In this document: piece by piece, positions 46,825 through 55,700 of the stretch
Numbering within the stretch: position 1 is the first letter of the stretch
Layout of the letters: each line of letters opens with the position of its first letter
IMG/VR virus record: IMGVR_UViG_3300034102_002694
Span: 1-61,727 of that record
Length of the DNA: 61,727 nucleotides
Strand: one strand, 5' to 3'
DNA from: a virus
Lineage: Duplodnaviria > Caudoviricetes
Position numbers and translations under genes: made by a program
The notes under the pieces: model-generated
Database searches by the model: none
Seen by the model: only the letters and a program-made list of their open reading frames with translations
What the model was told of the DNA's origin: nothing

Positions 46825-47376
46825 ATGGCAGAACAACCAAAAGAATATTATGAAAAAAAACCAGGTTTTATAGTTAAATCTGGAACTCCGGACTTATCAG
46901 GAAAAGTAATAGACTATGCAGTATTCACTGATTATGGTCAGGGATTTGAATATACACAAGATGGCCAACATAAACAACAATGTAGAAAAACTTCATATGA
47001 AGCTTGTGGATTAGATAATAAAGATGGTGAACCTGCTAAAATTATAAGAGCCAAAAAAGGTGATATTATTATTGAAGCAATGGATGGTGACATCATATTA
47101 AGAGGAAAAAATATTCGAGTTGTTGCTTTAGATGGAACTGGGGAAGTAACGGTAGTTTCAGGAAAACATTTCGCTGTAAATGCTCCCGTACAATCATTTA
47201 AAGGAAGCAATTCAAATACAGTAATGTCAAATAGTGCGTCCACTGGAGCTCAAGCAACAGATACTACTGGAAATATCCAAAATAGTCAGACTTCTGGTGC
47301 AGAAGATAGTGAAGGATCAGTTTTAACTAGACTTTTAAATATTGCTAAAAAGTTTCAAAAATGGCTAGATTGTTAA
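46825..47376 (+). CDS. Spike-associated protein (gp5 C-terminal beta-helix-like)
   Basis: IRA.KGDIIIEA.DGDI.L.GKNI repeats; follows gp5. Confidence 0.55.
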   Translation: MAEQPKEYYEKKPGFIVKSGTPDLSGKVIDYAVFTDYGQGFEYTQDGQHKQQCRKTSYEACGLDNKDGEPAKIIRAKKGDIIIEAMDGDIILRGKNIRVVALDGTGEVTVVSGKHFAVNAPVQSFKGSNSNTVMSNSASTGAQATDTTGNIQNSQTSGAEDSEGSVLTRLLNIAKKFQKWLDC

Positions 47377-47386
47377 GAGGTGAAAT

Positions 47387-48256
47387 ATGCCTGCAGAACC
47401 CGTAAAGTATATTGGCGATAAACTCTGTGTAGGTCCATTAGATTATTCATTTTTGCCTGCTGTTCCAGCAATACCTGGTACAACCGTTTTAAATGGACCT
47501 GTTTGGATTGGTGCTGGTGGACCTCAAATTCCTACAGCTAATTGTATGATTGGTCCTGGGTTAAATCCCATTTCCCTACAGGTTATCGGGATTGCCAATT
47601 TTTATTCAATCACCAATCAAATTGGAATTAATAATAGAACTGGTCTTGCAAATGTAACTGGATATACGCAAAAACTTGGGGCAAGTACAAAAGCCGCATT
47701 TTCTGGAACAACTGGATATAGTGCAAAGTCGGCTGCACAAACTACTGCTGGACCAAGTTATGCTCAATCTTTTGCACAAACCCCTTTAGCAAAAGCTGCA
47801 GTAATTCTTGGAAATGTTTCAACAACCACTGGAATTAATCCAACTCAAGCAGCAGCGTTAGCTACAAAAAAACCATTTGATATTAAACATCCAACAAAAG
47901 AAGGTTGGAGACTCAGGCACGTTTGTGTAGAAGGACCAACTGCAGATGTTTATGTTAGAGGTATAATAGAAAATTCCGATGTTATTGAACTACCAGATTA
48001 CTGGACTGGTTTAGTTGACTCGGAGACAATTACTATAAGTTTAACTCCAATTGGAGAATATCAAGAACTCTCTGCAAAATTATTAGATTGTAATACCAAA
48101 ATAAAAGTTTCTAATAATCTGGGAGAAGTTGGAAAGTATAGTTATCTTGTTTTTGGGGAAAGGAAAGACGTTGATAGGAATATTGCAGAATATGAGGGAT
48201 CATCTGTAGAGGATTACCCTGGAGACAACACTCAATATGGATTATTTACTTTATAA
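47387..48256 (+). CDS. Tail spike/fibre-associated protein with C-terminal chaperone-like domain, copy 1
   Basis: KPFDIKHP...RLRH.C.EGP..DVY.RG, LPDYW.GLV, LTPIG, ERKD. Confidence 0.65.
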   Translation: MPAEPVKYIGDKLCVGPLDYSFLPAVPAIPGTTVLNGPVWIGAGGPQIPTANCMIGPGLNPISLQVIGIANFYSITNQIGINNRTGLANVTGYTQKLGASTKAAFSGTTGYSAKSAAQTTAGPSYAQSFAQTPLAKAAVILGNVSTTTGINPTQAAALATKKPFDIKHPTKEGWRLRHVCVEGPTADVYVRGIIENSDVIELPDYWTGLVDSETITISLTPIGEYQELSAKLLDCNTKIKVSNNLGEVGKYSYLVFGERKDVDRNIAEYEGSSVEDYPGDNTQYGLFTL

Positions 48257-48261
48257 TTATT

Positions 48262-49161
48262 ATGCCTGCAGAACCCGTAAAGTATATTGGCGATAAACTA
48301 ACAGTAGGTCCATTAGATTATTCATTTTTACCTGCTATTCCAGCAATACCTGGCACAACTGTTCTAAATGGTCCTGCTTGGATTGGTGCTGGTGGTCCAC
48401 CATTTCCTACAGCTAATTGTATGATTGGTCCAGGATTAAATCCAATCTCTCTACAAGTTATTGGCATATCTAACATTCCAGCAATTAATAATCAAATCGG
48501 TATTTTCAATAGATCTGGTTTTGCTAATATTTTTGGATATACAAACAAAACTGGTGCCGATATAAAAATGGCATTTTCTGGGACAACAGGATTTAGTGCA
48601 AAGGCAGCTGCACAAAGTACTGCTGGTCCATATTACGCTCAGGCATTCAAAGAAACTCCTTTATTTGATGCAGCGGTATGGCAAGGAAACATGGCAACAA
48701 CAAAGGCTATGAATGCAATGTTTCAAGCTGCTGTCCAATCAAAAAAACCTCTTGGATCTAAAAACTTTGATATTGAAAATCCTATAAAAAAGGGATGGAG
48801 GGTTCGTTATGTTTGCACAGAAGGTGCAACAGCAGATGTTGTTGTTAAAGGAACTCTGGAAAATGATAACATCATAGAATTACCAGATTATTGGACTGGT
48901 TTAGTTCACACAGAAACAATTCATGTAATACTAACTCCAATAGGACATCATCAAAAGTTGTTTTATGATATTTCTGAATGTGGAACTAAAGTCATAGTTT
49001 CAAATAATTCAGATAATCAAATTCATTGTTATTATAAAGTATTTGCGGAAAGGAAAGATACTCCCAAAAATATTGTAGAATATAAAGGTTTCACATATAA
49101 CGATTATCCAGGAGATAATAATGAATATAGATTCTGGTTCAGCCCTGGAATATTCCCATAA
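48262..49161 (+). CDS. Tail spike/fibre-associated protein, copy 2
   Basis: Paralog of 47387-48256; first 38 nt identical. Confidence 0.65.
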   Translation: MPAEPVKYIGDKLTVGPLDYSFLPAIPAIPGTTVLNGPAWIGAGGPPFPTANCMIGPGLNPISLQVIGISNIPAINNQIGIFNRSGFANIFGYTNKTGADIKMAFSGTTGFSAKAAAQSTAGPYYAQAFKETPLFDAAVWQGNMATTKAMNAMFQAAVQSKKPLGSKNFDIENPIKKGWRVRYVCTEGATADVVVKGTLENDNIIELPDYWTGLVHTETIHVILTPIGHHQKLFYDISECGTKVIVSNNSDNQIHCYYKVFAERKDTPKNIVEYKGFTYNDYPGDNNEYRFWFSPGIFP

Positions 49162-49201
49162 ATAAAATTACCATTACTTTTGATCGTAGTATTAACTAAT
49201 T

Positions 49202-50869
49202 ATGGCTGGTATATCTACTGTTTTTATTGCAGAATTAAAAGAAGAACTTGAGTTCAAAAAGAAAGAAAGAGAACAATTGATGGATCAACTTGCATTGTAT
49301 GATGTGAGGATAGATCGTTATGATGCGGTTATTGAAAATATGGATAGATCCCTCTTACCATTGGTAAGTGAAATTAATACTGCTAATTCTTCAGTTGCCG
49401 CTTCATATGAATCTAGAGTTGCTGCAGGATGTTTGAGTGATTTAACTTGGGTTGTAACTGGAGTAACTAAAATTGGACTTCCAACAAAATATGGATTTGG
49501 TACTCAACAAATCAATACAACATATCAGGTTAAAAAAAATCCAGACCTTTATAGAAAATACGGTAAAACAGCATTAAAATATTACAGAAGACCAAAAAAC
49601 CAGGATTACGGTTCTAATATCGTTTCTGAATTTTTTGGAACTATTAGTGTTGGAAGTACAGAAATAGCAATTGTGCAAACTGGTCTTGCTGGAACAGCTG
49701 GAATACTAGCTGGAGATATTATTACGGATGATCTAGAAAATCCAACTGCATTTGGGGTAGATGATCTACCAACTATTGTTGGTTTTGGACAAACTACGAT
49801 AGTTATCGACACCCAAATGTTTGGTGGACAAACTACAATAGGATCTACTGTTATTGCTGCTACAGGAATTGGATCTACAGGAGGAATTTCGGTAGGTAAT
49901 GGTATTATTGGAACTAGTGTTTTGGTTCCGGGAACTACAGTTGTAGCAATTAGTACAGCTCCCTTTGAAATTCAATTATTTGATTTTGATTTCGGTGGTT
50001 TTATTACCACATCAGTTACAGTACCAGCTTTAGTTGTAAGTTCACCAGCCCTAGCGGCAACAAGTATTAACTTTGCGGTAGGAGTTACGAGTTCTTATCC
50101 CTCTTTCTTCCTCAGTACAACTTGTGATACTGCGGTGGAAACTACTAATTTTACCGTTATTAGGACCACACAATCTGTATTGGATGAATTTGACCCTTCA
50201 AATAATCCTATAGATCCAGTCACTGTAGGAATCATGAATGCTAGTACAATTGGATATGGTCATACTGTGGTGAGAGTTGGTAATCCCAATACATCTCCAC
50301 CAGGACCATTTCAATGGAGAGAAGTTCTAGGTGATTATGATCCAGAACCTGCATGTGGAGGTGGATTTGAAGATTGGTATGAAGGAAATACATCTTGGCC
50401 TACAATCACAACATACACATATAGCGCAGAGGGAGTATTACTTTCTCAAACTACTTCACACGCTCCAGAAGGAACTACGGTAGTGGTATCAACAGGATCT
50501 ACACTTCCAGCTCAGAGTGGAATAGGATACACTGCAACTAGTTCCAATAATCCAACTTTTTCAGGGTGTCCCGCAAGAACCTCTGCCATATCTAATGCAG
50601 AATCTGACAGAAATGCACTTATTTCAAGATATCAAGCCACTGTGGATGAAACGATTGCTGCATCAAATTCCCTAAGAAAACTTAGGGATGGTTTAGAAAG
50701 TCAGGCATTTATTCTTTTACAGGGAAGAGCTGCTTGTGATGCAGAAATAGTTAGAATAACTAACCAAATTGCTAGTCTGGAATCAATAGACTTATCTCCA
50801 TATGAACCAACCACAAATATAACAAAAAATAAGTATACAAGTAGTACGGTGGGAGTCCCTACCACTTGA
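49202..50869 (+). CDS. Putative virion structural protein
   Basis: Coiled-coil termini, Gly/Thr-rich beta-type middle, ATAAATA upstream. Confidence 0.55.
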   Translation: MAGISTVFIAELKEELEFKKKEREQLMDQLALYDVRIDRYDAVIENMDRSLLPLVSEINTANSSVAASYESRVAAGCLSDLTWVVTGVTKIGLPTKYGFGTQQINTTYQVKKNPDLYRKYGKTALKYYRRPKNQDYGSNIVSEFFGTISVGSTEIAIVQTGLAGTAGILAGDIITDDLENPTAFGVDDLPTIVGFGQTTIVIDTQMFGGQTTIGSTVIAATGIGSTGGISVGNGIIGTSVLVPGTTVVAISTAPFEIQLFDFDFGGFITTSVTVPALVVSSPALAATSINFAVGVTSSYPSFFLSTTCDTAVETTNFTVIRTTQSVLDEFDPSNNPIDPVTVGIMNASTIGYGHTVVRVGNPNTSPPGPFQWREVLGDYDPEPACGGGFEDWYEGNTSWPTITTYTYSAEGVLLSQTTSHAPEGTTVVVSTGSTLPAQSGIGYTATSSNNPTFSGCPARTSAISNAESDRNALISRYQATVDETIAASNSLRKLRDGLESQAFILLQGRAACDAEIVRITNQIASLESIDLSPYEPTTNITKNKYTSSTVGVPTT

Positions 50870-50917
50870 AGAACTGTCACAGGGCCCGTTGACGACCCCC
50901 CCATTTCTTGATATGAT
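50862..50917 (+). promoter_or_regulatory. Phage early-type promoter with upstream CCAST-N5-AACTGKCACA motif
   Basis: Motif 50862-50881, TTGACG 50889, TATGAT 50912. Confidence 0.65.
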
Positions 50918-50943
50918 AACAGTGTTCCTTAAACAACTCTCAC

Positions 50944-51120
50944 ATGCAAGTTGATCGTAAAACCCTTCAGGAACTTCGTGAATTTCAAGAAGATGCCGCA
51001 GCCCACTTTGTTCATGAATTTTTTCCTATGAGTGGTGAACTTTACTGGACTATGGTGGAATGTCTTGCAACTGCAAAACTCGCAGAACTGCGTGGTGAGC
51101 TGGTCGCAGATGAAGTATAA
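50944..51120 (+). CDS. Hypothetical protein (58 aa)
   Basis: Read manually: MQVDRKTLQELREFQED...SGELYW..VECLATAKLAEL.G. Confidence 0.65.
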   Translation: MQVDRKTLQELREFQEDAAAHFVHEFFPMSGELYWTMVECLATAKLAELRGELVADEV

Positions 51121-51259
51121 GGTTCAATACCTGAAACCTAAGAAAAAGGGCCTTGCCAAACACGAAGCGGTGTTCTACAATATAGAAGACGCAATGAGGT
51201 GGGAGACCTACGTTAAACACGAACTCAACGCACGAAACCTGAAGATTGTACCAATTTAA
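51110..51259 (+). CDS. Hypothetical protein
   Basis: MKYKVQYLKPKKKG......VFY.IEDA..WE. Confidence 0.6.
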   Translation: MKYKVQYLKPKKKGLAKHEAVFYNIEDAMRWETYVKHELNARNLKIVPI

Positions 51260-51260
51260 C

Positions 51261-51470
51261 ATGGATCCATTTAAAATTAGTTACAAAAATCTTTACGAAT
51301 ATCCAGTGAAAACCACTCCAGAAAATGTTCGTGAATCTAATGAAGGATTATTTCATGCAAAAATGACATTACCGGCTGCAGCAAAACACTGCGGAATGAC
51401 TCAAAAAGAAATGAAGTTGACATTCTTTGAGTACTTGAAGTATAATCCTAAAACCTACAAACAAGAGTAG
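51261..51470 (+). CDS. Hypothetical protein, possible HTH
   Basis: VKTTPENV...N.GLF..KM.LP.AAKHCGMT.KEMKLTF.EYLK. Confidence 0.6.
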   Translation: MDPFKISYKNLYEYPVKTTPENVRESNEGLFHAKMTLPAAAKHCGMTQKEMKLTFFEYLKYNPKTYKQE

Positions 51471-51478
51471 GTTCTCTT

Positions 51479-51550
51479 GGGACTGTCGCCTATTGGTTAA
51501 GGCCCACTGCTTATAACGGTGTGAACAGAGTTCAATTCTCTGCAGTCCTA
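51479..51550 (+). tRNA. tRNA-Ile(UAU)
   Basis: Acceptor GGGACTG/CAGTCCT; anticodon arm CACTG-CTTATAA-CGGTG; TTCAA T-loop. Confidence 0.85.
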
Positions 51551-51561
51551 CCTAAAAACAT

Positions 51562-51644
51562 GGGAGTATGGTGGAATCGGTAGACACACCAGACTTAAAA
51601 TCTGTTGGGCATTGCCCGTGGGAGTTCAAGTCTCCCTACTCCTA
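51562..51644 (+). tRNA. tRNA-Leu(UAA)
   Basis: Anticodon loop CTTAAAA, long variable arm GGGC-att-GCCC, acceptor GGGAGTA/TACTCCT; no intron. Confidence 0.92.
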
Positions 51645-51667
51645 TTGGTATACATAGTATACTATTT

Positions 51668-51739
51668 GCCCTTGTAGCTCAGTGGTAGAGCAATGGTTTT
51701 GTAAACCATTGGTCGCTGGTTCAAATCCGGTCGGGGGCT
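51668..51739 (+). tRNA. tRNA-Thr(UGU)
   Basis: GCCCTTG acceptor, AGCTCAGTGGTAGAGC D-arm, ATGGT-TTTGTAA-ACCAT. Confidence 0.93.
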
Positions 51740-51757
51740 TCAGTAATTAAAAGATCT

Positions 51758-51922
51758 ATGATCATAAATCTCTGGCACAATCAAGAAATGGATCAATGGA
51801 GATGGACTCTCACGGATCCACAAACAATGGATCAACATGCTGGAGGTCAAAAGGATTTACGTGGAGCTATGCACGATGTTGCAAACACCGTAGAATATAT
51901 TGTGAATTCAAAACAAAAGTAA
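51758..51922 (+). CDS. Hypothetical protein (54 aa)
   Basis: MIINLWH..EM.QWRWTL...G.Q.DLR.AM.DVANTVEY. Confidence 0.6.
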   Translation: MIINLWHNQEMDQWRWTLTDPQTMDQHAGGQKDLRGAMHDVANTVEYIVNSKQK

Positions 51923-51935
51923 GTAATTATACTCA

Positions 51936-52547
51936 GTGAAAAGTCAGTTTTACATAGATAAAGTTAGTAAAGATGAGATAAAAGATCTTCTTTATACTCA
52001 CCATTACTTAAAAGACGAATCTAAAGACTTTAAATCTGGATATAATTATGGGCTTTTCAGACGTACTGAGTGGGAATGTCCCCTTAGAATTGGCAGGTGT
52101 CTTGGTACTTGCATTTTTACTGGTCTCCCAGTTCCAGAGATAGCTGTAGGAGCTTTTGGTCTCCAAAGAGATAAACAAGAAGGTTTATTTGAACTTTCCC
52201 GTTTGTGTATAGATCCAGAGATTCAAAAAGAGGAATATAATATTACTTCATGGTTCGTCAGTCGTTGCATTAAGAGGTTTAGGAAAGACACCAAAGTTTC
52301 TGCTATTCTTAGTTACGCTGACTCTGATCACCATACTGGCACTATATACAGAGCTTGCAATTTCAAGTACTATGGGTTAACTGACCCCAAAAAAGATTTC
52401 TATTTTAGTAATGGAACCAAACATTCTAGAGGTAGTGTCAAAGATTTTGATGGTGAGTGGAGGGCTCGCTCTCGTAAACATCGGTATCTTATGGTTTTCG
52501 AAAAAGAACTAAAAGAAAAGCTTGCCTGGAAAGAAATTAAGTGGTAA
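51936..52547 (+). CDS. Mom-like DNA-modification protein (GNAT fold)
   Basis: HHY, FELSRL, SWFVSR, SYADS..HTGTIYRACNF.Y.G, KHRY. Confidence 0.7.
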   Translation: MKSQFYIDKVSKDEIKDLLYTHHYLKDESKDFKSGYNYGLFRRTEWECPLRIGRCLGTCIFTGLPVPEIAVGAFGLQRDKQEGLFELSRLCIDPEIQKEEYNITSWFVSRCIKRFRKDTKVSAILSYADSDHHTGTIYRACNFKYYGLTDPKKDFYFSNGTKHSRGSVKDFDGEWRARSRKHRYLMVFEKELKEKLAWKEIKW

Positions 52548-52555
52548 TATAATAA

Positions 52556-52630
52556 CTGGTGATACTAAGACACCAGCGACAACGCCCTTCCGTGTGCTCA
52601 AAACCCTCCTTTAAAGGAGGGTTTTGTTGT
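52556..52630 (+). ncRNA. Candidate small RNA ending in an intrinsic terminator
   Basis: TTGCCT-17-TAATAT / TATAAT upstream; hairpin CTGGTG-9-CACCAG; single-stranded CCCTTCCGTGTG; terminator AAAACCCTCC-tttaaa-GGAGGGTTTT. Confidence 0.4.
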
Positions 52631-52711
52631 ATGTACTCTTCCCTAAAATAGATAATATTTTCTTGGTGTCTAAATATAAAAAGAATAAATTTGTCACTGT
52701 AGGAAACCAAG

Positions 52712-55700
52712 ATGCCGCTAAGTAGATTAGAGAATTTCCTAAAAAATGCTGAGGGTACTATCTTATATGTTAACCCTTCTGATTTTGATGCTACTGACAG
52801 TATTGAAAATAGAGGTAACTCATTAACAAGACCATTTAGAACTATCCAAAGGGCTGTTTTGGAAGCGGCAAGATTTTCATATCTGGTAGGAAAAAATAAC
52901 GATAAAATTGATACTACAACAATTCTAGTCTATCCGGGTGTTCACTACATCGATAATAGGCCTGGACATTCTATTACAAATCAGAGTGGTACTGCACAAT
53001 TTAAGAGATATTTAAACGGATCTTGGACCACATCTGGCGCTACATTATCAGAATTTACCTTAAACTCTAATTTTGATATCTTTGATGAAGATAACGACTT
53101 ACACAAATATAACTCTACAGAAGGTGGTGTAGTTCTACCTAGAGGTACTTCTATTGTTGGTTTGGATCTCAGAAAAACTAAACTCAGGCCAATGTATGTG
53201 CCTGATCCACTGAATAATAATGTATCCGCTACATCTATTTTCAAAGTTACAGGTACTTGTTATTTTACATCATTCAGTATTTTTGATGCTGATCCACAGA
53301 GAGCTTGTTATAAGGATTCTACTGGAAGAAAAGTTGTTCCAAATTATTCTCACCATAAACTAACTTGTTTTGAATACGCAGATGGCGTCAATCAAGTTAA
53401 ATTGGGTTCTGAACAAACAAGTCTTACTGACTTGGAAATGTATTATTATAAGGTTTCATACGCTTATGGTGATACTTCTGGAAGAGGTATTCCAAATTAT
53501 CCAGTAAATAATACTTCAGACTTTGAGCCATCCATTGATGAATACAGAATTGTTGGAGATCTTCGTGCAGATCCTATTGGTATCACGAGTATCAAATCCG
53601 GTAATGGTATTGTACCATCTACGACCATTACAGTAACCACTTCTGCTCCACATAATTTATTTAAAGATACACCAGTCCTAATTACTGGAATTACAACAAG
53701 TGTTGATGAATATAATGGTTCTTTCTTGGTTAGTGATGTAACAAGTGAGACTGAGTTTAAATATGTTGCTCCAGCAACTCCAGTAATTGCTCTACCAACT
53801 TCTGGACAAATTCTTAATGCCAGAACTATTGTAGAATCTGATAGTGTATCTTCTGCATCTCCATATATTTTCTCTTGTACATTAAGATCCGTTTATGGTA
53901 TGAACGGACTTCATGCTGATGGCAGCAAAGCAACAGGATTTAAGTCCATGTTGACTGCCCAGTTTACTGGAATCTCTCTACAAAAAGATGATAATGCTTT
54001 TCTATTGTATGATGCGGAAACTGGTATATACAATGAAAATCTAACTGTTGATGACTCAGACAAACCACTTCATACTAATTCCAGAGCAATTTACAGGCCT
54101 GGTTGGGAAAACTTCCACATGAAGTGTAGTAATAATTCTATTCTTCAATGCGTCTCTATTTTCGCAATCGGATTCGCAAGACACTTTGTAGCTGAGTCTG
54201 GTGGTGACCAATCTATTACAAACTCAAACTCAAACTTTGGTGCAGTTTCACTGGAAGCTGTTGGATTTAGGCCAGAGTCGTTTGATAGAGATGACGTTGG
54301 ATACATTACTCATGTTATTCCACCAAGAGAATTAACCTTTAGAGAAACTAACGTAACTTGGCTTCCTCTGGATGTTAACAAAATAATTTCTGCAGGTAAT
54401 ACCGCAAGACTTTATATATCAGGTTATGATAGTGCGGACATTTCGCCACCTTCACAAATTGACTCATACAGAATTGGTGCGAAAGAAAATGAAGAGTTAT
54501 ATCTTTCAGTAATTATTGGATCCCAACAAAACAACTTTAAAGCTCCGATTTTGATGCAGGTTCCTAGTGGAATCGGAACTTCGTCCAAAAAAGTATATAC
54601 AGTTGGTAGAAATTCTGGAATTAATAGTATTACATCAAACATTTTAACTCTACAGTCAAATCACCAATTTTTCAATGGAGAAAAAATAAGAGTACTAAGT
54701 GATAACGGAGATCTTCCAGAAAACTTATCTCCAGATAAAATTTACTACGTCTCCATCAGTGGATTATCAGCAAATCAAATTAGATTATCCTCAACACTAA
54801 ATGATGCCAACTCTGGAAATACTATTTCCGGAATTTCAAATGGTGGTGGAAGATTGGAGGTAATTAGTTACGTCTCCGACAAACGCCCAGGAGATGTTGG
54901 GCACCCAATACAATATGATAGTACGGTAAGTAATTGGTATATTCAAAGTACTCCTGTTACTGTATTCAATACAATTTACAATGGTATTGTAGGAATTGGA
55001 TCAACTACATTAGGAAATCAAACTGGATCTACTTTTATCACTAGAAGAATTGATAATAGAGGTTTAGATGATAGAATTTATAAGTTCCGTTATGTTATTC
55101 CAAAAGAATTTGTAGATGCTAGACCACCAACTGATGGATTTGTTCTCCAAGAATCAAAATCTGTAGGTATTTCTAGTGTATCTTACTTAACATCTGTCCT
55201 AACAGACGTAACTCAACTAAGAAATCCAAAAATTATTAAAACCATCACCTATTCTTCTGGAAGTGCATTCATAAAGACAGAACTTCCACATAATTTAGTT
55301 ATTGGTGATACTGTAAAAATCTCAAATGTAGTAAGTTCTGCTCAAACTGTAGCGTCCTACAATGGATCATTTGAGGTTATTTCAATAACAAATTCGAAAG
55401 AATTTTCTATAGGTGGATTTGATGCAAACCCAGGAACATTTTTAAATCAAACCAATCAAAGATCAACTCAACAACAAATTGAAGCCTTACCGACAATACA
55501 AAAAGAAAAGTCTAGAGATAGTATATACATTTACAGAAGCCAAGAAGTTAAACCATTTATTCCTGGCGCTGGTGGACAAGACGGAATCTACAATATTATT
55601 GCACTATCTGGTAGTATCAGGCCAAATTCCAATGTTGGATTTGGTTTAAGTAATACAAATTTCAACCAAGACGTAAGAAATCTATACCCACAAATTGATA

